This document shows positions 30,401 to 42,146 of a stretch of DNA of 42,146 bases, in pieces (positions within the stretch are counted from its first letter, which is position 1; every line of letters starts with the position of its first letter). Position numbers and translations under genes: made by a program. Source of the stretch: Squalus acanthias (Eukaryota); NCBI GenBank assembly GCA_030390025.1, contig JASTWF010000329.1, forward strand, positions 496,001 through 538,146, in the 5' to 3' direction. The notes below the pieces were generated by a model. That model did no database searches. It was not told where the DNA came from and saw nothing but the letters and a program-made list of their open reading frames with translations.

Positions 30401-33400
30401 AATGTGGGCCTGTGCTGTGAGTGTATCCGAGTGTTGCTCCTGAGGATCCCAGTGTGTAATTGTGTAATGATGGGCCTGTGCTGTGAGTGTATCCGAGTGT
30501 TGCTCCTGAGGATCCCAGTGTGTAATTGTGTAATGATGGGCCTGTGCTGTGAGTGTATCCGAGTGTTGCTCCTGAGGATCCCAGTGTGTAATTGTGTAAT
30601 GGTGGGCCTGTGCTGTGAGTGTATCCGAGTGTTGCTCCTGAGGATCCCAGTGTGTAATTGTGTAATGGTGGGCCTGTGCTGTGAGTGTATCCGAGTGTTG
30701 CTCCTGAGGATCCCAGTGTGTAATGGTGGGCCTGTGCTGTGAGTGTATCCGAGTGTTGCTCCTGAGGATCCCAGTGTGTAATTGTGTAATGGTGGGCCTG
30801 TGCTGTGAGTGTATCCGAGTGTTGCTCCTGAGGATCCCAGTGTGTAATTGTGTAATGTGGGCCTGTGCTGTGAGTGTATCCGAGTGTTGCTCCTGAGGAT
30901 CCCAGTGTGTAATTGTGTAATGATGGGCCTGTGCTGTGAGTGTATCCGAGTGTTGCTCCTGATGATCCCAGTGTGTAATTGTGTAATGGTGGGCCTGTGC
31001 TGTGAGTGTATCCGAGTGTTGCTCCTGAGGATCCCAGTGTGTAATTGTGTAATGATGGGCCTGTGCTGTGAGTGTATCCGAGTGTTGCTCCTGAGGATCC
31101 CAGTGTGTAATTGGATGGGCCTGTGCTGTGAGTGTATCCGAGTGTTGCTCCTGAGGATCCCAGTGTGTAATTGGATGGGCCTGTGCTGTGAGTGTATCCG
31201 AGTGTTGCTCCTGAGGATCCCAGTGTGTAATTGTGTAATGATGGGCCTGTGCTGTGAGTGTATCCGAGTGTTGCTCCTGAGGATCCCAGTGTGTAATTGT
31301 GTAATGATGGGCCTGTGCTGTGAGTGTATCCGAGTGTTGCTCCTGAGGATCCCAGTGTGTAATGGTGGGCCTGTGCTGTGAGTGTATCCGAGTGTTGCTC
31401 CTGAGGATCCCAGTGTGTAATTGTGTAATGTGGGCCTGTGCTGTGAGTGTATCCGAGTGTTGCTCCTGAGGATCCCAGTGTGTAATTGTGTAATGATGGG
31501 CCTGTGCTGTGAGTGTATCCGAGTGTTGCTCCTGAGGATCCCAGTGTGTAATTGTGTAATGATGGGCCTGTGCTGTGAGTGTATCCGAGTGTTGCTCCTG
31601 AGGATCCCAGTGTGTAATTGTGTAATGGTGGGCCTGTGCTGTGAGTGTATCCGAGTGTTGCTCCTGAGGATCCCAGTGTGTAATGGTGGGCCTGTGCTGT
31701 GAGTGTATCCGAGTGTTGCTCCTGAGGATCCCAGTGTGTAATTGTGTAATGATGGGCCTGTGCTGTGAGTGTATCCGAGTGTTGCTCCTGAGGATCCCAG
31801 TGTGTAATTGTGTAATGGTGGGCCTGTGCTGTGAGTGTATCCGAGTGTTGCTCCTGAGGATCCCAGTGTGTAATTGTGTAATGGTGGGCCTGTGCTGTGA
31901 GTGTATCCGAGTGTTGCTCCTGAGGATCCCAGTGTGTAATGTGTATGTGGGCCTGTGCTGTGAGTGTATCCGAGTGTTGCTCCTGAGGATCCCAGTGTGT
32001 AATTGTGTAATGATGGGCCTGTGCTGTGAGTGTATCCGAGTGTTGCTCCTGAGGATCCCAGTGTGTAATTGTGTAATGATGGGCCTGTGCTGTGAGTGTA
32101 TCCGAGTGTTGCTCCTGAGGATCCCAGTGTGTAATTGGATGGGCCTGTGCTGTGAGTGTATCCGAGTGTTGCTCCTGAGGATCCCAGTGTGTAATTGTGT
32201 AATGGTGGGCCTGTGCTGTGAGTGTATCCGAGTGTTGCTCCTGAGGATCCCAGTGTGTAATTGTGTAATGGTGGGCCTGTGCTGTGAGTGTATCCGAGTG
32301 TTGCTCCTGAGGATCCCAGTGTGTAATTGTAATGGGCCTGTGCTGTGAGTGTATCCGAGTGTTGCTCCTGAGGATCCCAGTGTGTAATTGTGTAATGGTG
32401 GGCCTGTGCTGTGAGTGTATCCGAGTGTTGCTCCTGAGGATCCCAGTGTGTAATGATGGGCCTGTGCTGTGAGTGTATCCGAGTGTTGCTCCTGAGGATC
32501 CCAGTGTGTAATTGTGTAATGGTGGGCCTGTGCTGTGAGTGTATCCGAGTGTTGCTCCTGAGGATCCCAGTGTGTAATTGTGTAATGGTGGGCCTGTGCT
32601 GTGAGTGTATCCGAGTGTTGCTCCTGAGGATCCCAGTGTGTAATTGTGTAATGATGGGCCTGTGCTGTGAGTGTATCCGAGTGTTGCTCCTGAGGATCCC
32701 AGTGTGTAATTGTGTAATGTGGGCCTGTGCTGTGAGTGTATCCGAGTGTTGCTCCTGAGGATCCCAGTGTGTAATTGTGTAATGATGGGCCTGTGCTGTG
32801 AGTGTATCCGAGTGTTGCTCCTGAGGATCCCAGTGTGTAATGATGGGCCTGTGCTGTGAGTGTATCCGAGTGTTGCTCCTGAGGATCCCAGTGTGTAATG
32901 ATGGGCCTGTGCTGTGAGTGTATCCGAGTGTTGCTCCTGAGGATCCCAGTGTGTAATTGTGTAATGGTGGGCCTGTGCTGTGAGTGTATCCGAGTGTTGC
33001 TCCTGAGGATCCCAGTGTGTAATTGTAATGATGGGCCTGTGCTGTGAGTGTATCCGAGTGTTGCTCCTGAGGATCCCAGTGTGTAATTGTGTAATGGTGG
33101 GCCTGTGCTGTGAGTGTATCCGAGTGTTGCTCCTGAGGATCCCAGTGTGTAATTGTGTAATGGTGGGCCTGTGCTGTGAGTGTATCCGAGTGTTGCTCCT
33201 GAGGATCCCAGTGTGTAATTGTGTAATGATGGGCCTGTGCTGTGAGTGTATCCGAGTGTTGCTCCTGAGGATCCCAGTGTGTAATGGTGGGCCTGTGCTG
33301 TGAGTGTATCCGAGTGTTGCTCCTGAGGATCCCAGTGTGTAATGGTGGGCCTGTGCTGTGAGTGTATCCGAGTGTTGCTCCTGAGGATCCCAGTGTGTAA

Positions 33401-36400
33401 TTGTGTAATGATGGGCCTGTGCTGTGAGTGTATCCGAGTGTTGCTCCTGAGGATCCCAGTGTGTAATTGTGTAATGGTGGGCCTGTGCTGTGAGTGTATC
33501 CGAGTGTTGCTCCTGAGGATCCCAGTGTGTAATTGGTATGGGGCCTGTGCTGTGAGTGTATCCGAGTGTTGCTCCTGAGGATCCCAGTGTGTAATTGTGT
33601 AATGTGGGCCTGTGCTGTGAGTGTATCCGAGTGTTGCTCCTGAGGATCCCAGTGTGTAATGGTGGGCCTGTGCTGTGAGTGTATCCGAGTGTTGCTCCTG
33701 AGGATCCCAGTGTGTAATTGTGTAATGGTGGGCCTGTGCTGTGAGTGTATCCGAGTGTTGCTCCTGAGGATCCCAGTGTGTAATTGTGTAATGGTGGGCC
33801 TGTGCTGTGAGTGTATCCGAGTGTTGCTCCTGAGGATCCCAGTGTGTAATTGTAATGTGGGCCTGTGCTGTGAGTGTATCCGAGTGTTGCTCCTGAGGAT
33901 CCCAGTGTGTAATTGTGTAATGGTGGGCCTGTGCTGTGAGTGTATCCGAGTGTTGCTCCTGAGGATCCCAGTGTGTAATGATGGGCCTGTGCTGTGAGTG
34001 TATCCGAGTGTTGCTCCTGAGGATCCCAGTGTGTAATTGTGTAATGGTGGGCCTGTGCTGTGAGTGTATCCGAGTGTTGCTCCTGAGGATCCCAGTGTGT
34101 AATTGTGTAATGGTGGGCCTGTGCTGTGAGTGTATCCGAGTGTTGCTCCTGAGGATCCCAGTGTGTAATTGTGTAATGATGGGCCTGTGCTGTGAGTGTA
34201 TCCGAGTGTTGCTCCTGAGGATCCCAGTGTGTAATTGTGTAATGGTGGGCCTGTGCTGTGAGTGTATCCGAGTGTTGCTCCTGAGGATCCCAGTGTGTAA
34301 TTGTGTAATGATGGGCCTGTGCTGTGAGTGTATCCGAGTGTTGCTCCTGAGGATCCCAGTGTGTAATGATGGGCCTGTGCTGTGAGTGTATCCGAGTGTT
34401 GCTCCTGAGGATCCCAGTGTGTAATGATGGGCCTGTGCTGTGAGTGTATCCGAGTGTTGCTCCTGAGGATCCCAGTGTGTAATTGTGTAATGGTGGGCCT
34501 GTGCTGTGAGTGTATCCGAGTGTTGCTCCTGAGGATCCCAGTGTGTAATTGTGTAATGATGGGCCTGTGCTGTGAGTGTATCCGAGTGTTGCTCCTGAGG
34601 ATCCCAGTGTGTAATTGTGTAATGGTGGGCCTGTGCTGTGAGTGTATCCGAGTGTTGCTCCTGAGGATCCCAGTGTGTAATTGTGTAATGATGGGCCTGT
34701 GCTGTGAGTGTATCCGAGTGTTGCTCCTGAGGATCCCAGTGTGTAATTGTGTAATGTGGGCCTGTGCTGTGAGTGTATCCGAGTGTTGCTCCTGAGGATC
34801 CCAGTGTGTAATGGTGGGCCTGTGCTGTGAGTGTATCCGAGTGTTGCTCCTGAGGATCCCAGTGTGTAATGGTGGGCCTGTGCTGTGAGTGTATCCGAGT
34901 GTTGCTCCTGAGGATCCCAGTGTGTAATTGTGTAATGGTGGGCCTGTGCTGTGAGTGTATCCGAGTGTTGCTCCTGAGGATCCCAGTGTGTAATTGTGTA
35001 ATGGTGGGCCTGTGCTGTGAGTGTATCCGAGTGTTGCTCCTGAGGATCCCAGTGTGTAATGGTATGTGGCCTGTGCTGTGAGTGTATCCGAGTGTTGCTC
35101 CTGAGGATCCCAGTGTGTAATTGTGTAATGGTGGGCCTGTGCTGTGAGTGTATCCGAGTGTTGCTCCTGAGGATCCCAGTGTGTAATGGTGGGCCTGTGC
35201 TGTGAGTGTATCCGAGTGTTGCTCCTGAGGATCCCAGTGTGTAATTGTGTAATGGTGGGCCTGTGCTGTGAGTGTATCCGAGTGTTGCTCCTGAGGATCC
35301 CAGTGTGTAATTGTGTAATGGTGGGCCTGTGCTGTGAGTGTATCCGAGTGTTGCTCCTGAGGATCCCAGTGTGTAATTGTGTAATGGTGGGCCTGTGCTG
35401 TGAGTGTATCCGAGTGTTGCTCCTGAGGATCCCAGTGTGTAATGATGGGCCTGTGCTGTGAGTGTATCCGAGTGTTGCTCCTGAGGATCCCAGTGTGTAA
35501 TTGTGTAATGGTGGGCCTGTGCTGTGAGTGTATCCGAGTGTTGCTCCTGAGGATCCCAGTGTGTAATGGTGGGCCTGTGCTGTGAGTGTATCCGAGTGTT
35601 GCTCCTGAGGATCCCAGTGTGTAATGGTGGGCCTGTGCTGTGAGTGTATCCGAGTGTTGCTCCTGAGGATCCCAGTGTGTAATTGTGTAATGATGGGCCT
35701 GTGCTGTGAGTGTATCCGAGTGTTGCTCCTGAGGATCCCAGTGTGTAATTGTGTAATGGTGGGCCTGTGCTGTGAGTGTATCCGAGTGTTGCTCCTGAGG
35801 ATCCCAGTGTGTAATGTGATGGGCCTGTGCTGTGAGTGTATCCGAGTGTTGCTCCTGAGGATCCCAGTGTGTAATTGTGTAATGATGGGCCTGTGCTGTG
35901 AGTGTATCCGAGTGTTGCTCCTGAGGATCCCAGTGTGTAATTGTGTAATGGTGGGCCTGTGCTGTGAGTGTATCCGAGTGTTGCTCCTGAGGATCCCAGT
36001 GTGTAATTGTGTAATGGTGGGCCTGTGCTGTGAGTGTATCCGAGTGTTGCTCCTGAGGATCCCAGTGTGTAATTGTGTAATGATGGGCCTGTGCTGTGAG
36101 TGTATCCGAGTGTTGCTCCTGAGGATCCCAGTGTGTAATTGTGTAATGATGGGCCTGTGCTGTGAGTGTATCCGAGTGTTGCTCCTGAGGATCCCAGTGT
36201 GTAATTGTGTAATGATGGGCCTGTGCTGTGAGTGTATCCGAGTGTTGCTCCTGAGGATCCCAGTGTGTAATTGTGTAATGATGGGCCTGTGCTGTGAGTG
36301 TATCCGAGTGTTGCTCCTGAGGATCCCAGTGTGTAATGGTGGGCCTGTGCTGTGAGTGTATCCGAGTGTTGCTCCTGAGATCCCAGTGTGTAATTGTGTA

Positions 36401-39400
36401 ATGGTGGGCCTGTGCTGTGAGTGTATCCGAGTGTTGCTCCTGAGGATCCCAGTGTGTAATTGTGTAATGATGGGCCTGTGCTGTGAGTGTATCCGAGTGT
36501 TGCTCCTGAGGATCCCAGTGTGTAATTGTGTAATGGTGGGCCTGTGCTGTGAGTGTATCCGAGTGTTGCTCCTGAGGATCCCAGTGTGTAATGGTGGGCC
36601 TGTGCTGTGAGTGTATCCGAGTGTTGCTCCTGAGGATCCCAGTGTGTAATTGTGTAATGGTGGGCCTGTGCTGTGAGTGTATCCGAGTGTTGCTCCTGAG
36701 GATCCCAGTGTGTAATTGTGTAATGATGGGCCTGTGCTGTGAGTGTATCCGAGTGTTGCTCCTGAGGATCCCAGTGTGTAATTGTGTAATGGTGGGCCTG
36801 TGCTGTGAGTGTATCCGAGTGTTGCTCCTGAGGATCCCAGTGTGTAATGTGTAATGGGGCCTGTGCTGTGAGTGTATCCGAGTGTTGCTCCTGAGGATCC
36901 CAGTGTGTAATTGTGTAATGATGGGCCTGTGCTGTGAGTGTATCCGAGTGTTGCTCCTGAGGATCCCAGTGTGTAATTGTGTAATGTGGGCCTGTGCTGT
37001 GAGTGTATCCGAGTGTTGCTCCTGAGATCCCAGTGTGTAATTGTGTAATGGTGGGCCTGTGCTGTGAGTGTATCCGAGTGTTGCTCCTGAGGATCCCAGT
37101 GTGTAATTGTGTAATGGTGGGCCTGTGCTGTGAGTGTATCCGAGTGTTGCTCCTGAGGATCCCAGTGTGTAATTGTGTAATGATGGGCCTGTGCTGTGAG
37201 TGTATCCGAGTGTTGCTCCTGAGGATCCCAGTGTGTAATTGTGTAATGGTGGGCCTGTGCTGTGAGTGTATCCGAGTGTTGCTCCTGAGGATCCCAGTGT
37301 GTAATGGTGGGCCTGTGCTGTGAGTGTATCCGAGTGTTGCTCCTGAGGATCCCAGTGTGTAATTGTGTAATGGTGGGCCTGTGCTGTGAGTGTATCCGAG
37401 TGTTGCTCCTGAGGATCCCAGTGTGTAATTGTGTAATGGTGGGCCTGTGCTGTGAGTGTATCCGAGTGTTGCTCCTGAGGATCCCAGTGTGTAATGATGG
37501 GCCTGTGCTGTGAGTGTATCCGAGTGTTGCTCCTGAGGATCCCAGTGTGTAATTGTGTAATGGTGGGCCTGTGCTGTGAGTGTATCCGAGTGTTGCTCCT
37601 GAGGATCCCAGTGTGTAATTGTGTAATGATGGGCCTGTGCTGTGAGTGTATCCGAGTGTTGCTCCTGAGGATCCCAGTGTGTAATTGTGTAATGATGGGC
37701 CTGTGCTGTGAGTGTATCCGAGTGTTGCTCCTGAGGATCCCAGTGTGTAATTGTGTAATGGTGGGCCTGTGCTGTGAGTGTATCCGAGTGTTGCTCCTGA
37801 GGATCCCAGTGTGTAATTGTGTAATGGTGGGCCTGTGCTGTGAGTGTATCCGAGTGTTGCTCCTGAGGATCCCAGTGTGTAATGGTGGGCCTGTGCTGTG
37901 AGTGTATCCGAGTGTTGCTCCTGAGGATCCCAGTGTGTAATTGGATGGGCCTGTGCTGTGAGTGTATCCGAGTGTTGCTCCTGAGGATCCCAGTGTGTAA
38001 TTGTGTAATGATGGGCCTGTGCTGTGAGTGTATCCGAGTGTTGCTCCTGAGGATCCCAGTGTGTAATTGTGTAATGATGGGCCTGTGCTGTGAGTGTATC
38101 CGAGTGTTGCTCCTGAGGATCCCAGTGTGTAATGGATGGGCCTGTGCTGTGAGTGTATCCGAGTGTTGCTCCTGAGGATCCCAGTGTGTAATTGTGTAAT
38201 GGTGGGCCTGTGCTGTGAGTGTATCCGAGTGTTGCTCCTGAGGATCCCAGTGTGTAATTGTGTAATGATGGGCCTGTGCTGTGAGTGTATCCGAGTGTTG
38301 CTCCTGAGGATCCCAGTGTGTAATTGTGTAATGGTGGGCCTGTGCTGTGAGTGTATCCGAGTGTTGCTCCTGAGGATCCCAGTGTGTAATTGATGTGGGC
38401 CTGTGCTGTGAGTGTATCCGAGTGTTGCTCCTGAGGATCCCAGTGTGTAATTGTGTAATGGTGGGCCTGTGCTGTGAGTGTATCCGAGTGTTGCTCCTGA
38501 GGATCCCAGTGTGTAATTGTGTAATGGTGGGCCTGTGCTGTGAGTGTATCCGAGTGTTGCTCCTGAGGATCCCAGTGTGTAATTGTGTAATGGTGGGCCT
38601 GTGCTGTGAGTGTATCCGAGTGTTGCTCCTGAGGATCCCAGTGTGTAATGGTGGGCCTGTGCTGTGAGTGTATCCGAGTGTTGCTCCTGAGGATCCCAGT
38701 GTGTAATTGTGTAATGATGGGCCTGTGCTGTGAGTGTATCCGAGTGTTGCTCCTGAGGATCCCAGTGTGTAATTGTGTAATGATGGGCCTGTGCTGTGAG
38801 TGTATCCGAGTGTTGCTCCTGAGGATCCCAGTGTGTAATTGTGTAATGGGGCCTGTGCTGTGAGTGTATCCGAGTGTTGCTCCTGAGGATCCCAGTGTGT
38901 AATTGTGTAATGGTGGGCCTGTGCTGTGAGTGTATCCGAGTGTTGCTCCTGAGGATCCCAGTGTGTAATTGTGTAATGGTGGGCCTGTGCTGTGAGTGTA
39001 TCCGAGTGTTGCTCCTGAGGATCCCAGTGTGTAATTGTGAATGTGGGCCTGTGCTGTGAGTGTATCCGAGTGTTGCTCCTGAGGATCCCAGTGTGTAATT
39101 GTGTAATGGTGGGCCTGTGCTGTGAGTGTATCCGAGTGTTGCTCCTGAGGATCCCAGTGTGTAATTGTGTAATGTGGGCCTGTGCTGTGAGTGTATCCGA
39201 GTGTTGCTCCTGAGGATCCCAGTGTGTAATTGTGTAATGGTGGGCCTGTGCTGTGAGTGTATCCGAGTGTTGCTCCTGAGGATCCCAGTGTGTAATTGTG
39301 TAATGGTGGGCCTGTGCTGTGAGTGTATCCGAGTGTTGCTCCTGAGGATCCCAGTGTGTAATTGTGTAATGATGGGCCTGTGCTGTGAGTGTATCCGAGT

Positions 39401-42146
39401 GTTGCTCCTGAGGATCCCAGTGTGTAATTGTGTAATGGTGGGCCTGTGCTGTGAGTGTATCCGAGTGTTGCTCCTGAGGATCCCAGTGTGTAATTGTGTA
39501 ATGGTGGGCCTGTGCTGTGAGTGTATCCGAGTGTTGCTCCTGAGGATCCCAGTGTGTAATGTGTAATGGGGCCTGTGCTGTGAGTGTATCCGAGTGTTGC
39601 TCCTGAGGATCCCAGTGTGTAATGTGTAATGTGGGCCTGTGCTGTGAGTGTATCCGAGTGTTGCTCCTGAGGATCCCAGTGTGTAATTGTGTAATGTGGG
39701 CCTGTGCTGTGAGTGTATCCGAGTGTTGCTCCTGAGGATCCCAGTGTGTAATTGTGTAATGGTGGGCCTGTGCTGTGAGTGTATCCGAGTGTTGCTCCTG
39801 AGGATCCCAGTGTGTAATTGTGTAATGGTGGGCCTGTGCTGTGAGTGTATCCGAGTGTTGCTCCTGAGGATCCCAGTGTGTAATTGTGTAATGATGGGCC
39901 TGTGCTGTGAGTGTATCCGAGTGTTGCTCCTGAGGATCCCAGTGTGTAATTGTGTAATGGTGGGCCTGTGCTGTGAGTGTATCCGAGTGTTGCTCCTGAG
40001 GATCCCAGTGTGTAATTGTGTAATGGTGGGCCTGTGCTGTGAGTGTATCCGAGTGTTGCTCCTGAGGATCCCAGTGTGTAATTGTGTAATGTGGGCCTGT
40101 GCTGTGAGTGTATCCGAGTGTTGCTCCTGAGGATCCCAGTGTGTAATTGTGTAATGATGGGCCTGTGCTGTGAGTGTATCCGAGTGTTGCTCCTGAGGAT
40201 CCCAGTGTGTAATTGTGTAATGGTGGGCCTGTGCTGTGAGTGTATCCGAGTGTTGCTCCTGAGGATCCCAGTGTGTAATGGTGGGCCTGTGCTGTGAGTG
40301 TATCCGAGTGTTGCTCCTGAGGATCCCAGTGTGTAATTGTGTAATGGTGGGCCTGTGCTGTGAGTGTATCCGAGTGTTGCTCCTGAGGATCCCAGTGTGT
40401 AATTGTAATGGTGGGCCTGTGCTGTGAGTGTATCCGAGTGTTGCTCCTGAGGATCCCAGTGTGTAATTGTGTAATGGTGGGCCTGTGCTGTGAGTGTATC
40501 CGAGTGTTGCTCCTGAGGATCCCAGTGTGTAATTGTGTAATGGTGGGCCTGTGCTGTGAGTGTATCCGAGTGTTGCTCCTGAGGATCCCAGTGTGTAATT
40601 GTGTAATGGTGGGCCTGTGCTGTGAGTGTATCCGAGTGTTGCTCCTGAGGATCCCAGTGTGTAATTGTGTAATGTGGGCCTGTGCTGTGAGTGTATCCGA
40701 GTGTTGCTCCTGAGGATCCCAGTGTGTAATTGTGTAATGGTGGGCCTGTGCTGTGAGTGTATCCGAGTGTTGCTCCTGAGGATCCCAGTGTGTAATGGTG
40801 GGCCTGTGCTGTGAGTGTATCCGAGTGTTGCTCCTGAGGATCCCAGTGTGTAATGTGTAATGTGGGCCTGTGCTGTGAGTGTATCCGAGTGTTGCTCCTG
40901 AGGATCCCAGTGTGTAATTGTGTAATGGTGGGCCTGTGCTGTGAGTGTATCCGAGTGTTGCTCCTGAGGATCCCAGTGTGTAATTGTGTAATGATGGGCC
41001 TGTGCTGTGAGTGTATCCGAGTGTTGCTCCTGAGGATCCCAGTGTGTAATTGTGTAATGGTGGGCCTGTGCTGTGAGTGTATCCGAGTGTTGCTCCTGAG
41101 GATCCCAGTGTGTAATTGTGTAATGTGGGCCTGTGCTGTGAGTGTATCCGAGTGTTGCTCCTGAGGATCCCAGTGTGTAATTGTGTAATGATGGGCCTGT
41201 GCTGTGAGTGTATCCGAGTGTTGCTCCTGAGGATCCCAGTGTGTAATTGTGTAATGGTGGGCCTGTGCTGTGAGTGTATCCGAGTGTTGCTCCTGAGGAT
41301 CCCAGTGTGTAATTGTGTAATGGTGGGCCTGTGCTGTGAGTGTATCCGAGTGTTGCTCCTGAGGATCCCAGTGTGTAATTGTGTAATGATGGGCCTGTGC
41401 TGTGAGTGTATCCGAGTGTTGCTCCTGAGGATCCCAGTGTGTAATTGTGTAATGATGGGCCTGTGCTGTGAGTGTATCCGAGTGTTGCTCCTGAGGATCC
41501 CAGTGTGTAATTGTGTAATGTGGGCCTGTGCTGTGAGTGTATCCGAGTGTTGCTCCTGAGGATCCCAGTGTGTAATTGTGTAATGATGGGCCTGTGCTGT
41601 GAGTGTATCCGAGTGTTGCTCCTGAGGATCCCAGTGTGTAATTGTGTAATGGTGGGCCTGTGCTGTGAGTGTATCCGAGTGTTGCTCCTGAGGATCCCAG
41701 TGTGTAATTGTGTAATGGTGGGCCTGTGCTGTGAGTGTATCCGAGTGTTGCTCCTGAGGATCCCAGTGTGTAATTGTGTAATGGTGGGCCTGTGCTGTGA
41801 GTGTATCCGAGTGTTGCTCCTGAGGATCCCAGTGTGTAATTGTGTAATGATGGGCCTGTGCTGTGAGTGTATCCGAGTGTTGCTCCTGAGGATCCCAGTG
41901 TGTAATTGTGTAATGGTGGGCCTGTGCTGTGAGTGTATCCGAGTGTTGCTCCTGAGGATCCCAGTGTGTAATTGTGTAATGTGGGCCTGTGCTGTGAGTG
42001 TATCCGAGTGTTGCTCCTGAGGATCCCAGTGTGTAATTGTGTAATGGTGGGCCTGTGCTGTGAGTGTATCCGAGTGTTGCTCCTGAGGATCCCAGTGTGT
42101 AATTGTGTAATGGTGGGCCTGTGCTGTGAGTGTATCCGAGTGTTGC
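27420..42146 (+). repeat. 66-bp satellite array (58-bp variant interspersed), roughly 225-230 units, continues past the window end
   Basis: Unit TGTGTAATTGTGTAATG(G/A)TGGGCCTGTGCTGTGAGTGTATCCGAGTGTTGCTCCTGAGGATCCCAG; the short form lacks one TGTGTAAT; nearly every unit has a BamHI site. Unit count estimated from length. Confidence 0.98.

Noticed and set aside
27623..42020. Cys-rich repeat ORFs (MVGLCCECIRVLLLRIPVCNCV)n as metallothionein- or keratin-like proteins
   Set aside because: By-product of a 66-bp unit; frames break at every 58-bp unit and there is no synonymous-site variation pattern.
27420..42146. CRISPR-like array (constant repeat plus variable segment)
   Set aside because: The variable part is a few recurring short variants, not unique spacers; no cas genes; eukaryotic context.

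Overview
Eukaryotic vertebrate DNA; the repeat families suggest a cartilaginous fish (shark-like), which is an inference. Bases 1-26.1 kb are a cluster of tandem C2H2 zinc-finger genes with no recognisable KRAB, SCAN or BTB domain: ZNF-1 (+, 1140-2273), ZNF-2 (+, ~6568-7884), ZNF-3 (-, 14025-13183), ZNF-4 (+, 17168-18092, one frameshift), a decayed pseudogene (~22740-23153) and ZNF-5 (+, 25659-25996, one frameshift). Most copies use one cassette: CpG promoter (CCAAT/GC boxes, NRF1 and YY1 motifs), an apparently non-coding exon 1, one intron, a single finger exon, a conserved post-stop segment and AATAAA. The genes are interleaved with CR1, L2 and Tx1 LINE fragments, tRNA-headed Deu-type SINEs, Penelope-like fragments carrying minimal hammerhead ribozyme motifs, and 31/39/46/63/67-bp minisatellites. 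From ~27420 to the end (14.7 kb) is a homogeneous 66/58-bp satellite. Main leads: (i) a conserved in-frame peptide [17 protein letters not shown] hidden behind the TGA stop; (ii) three N-terminal fingers converted into a uORF-bearing leader by shared TGA stops plus a new ATG; (iii) a palindromic bidirectional promoter made by inverted duplication of exon 1; (iv) a sense-strand hammerhead motif inserted just after a splice donor. No database searches were run; family names come from motif recognition.
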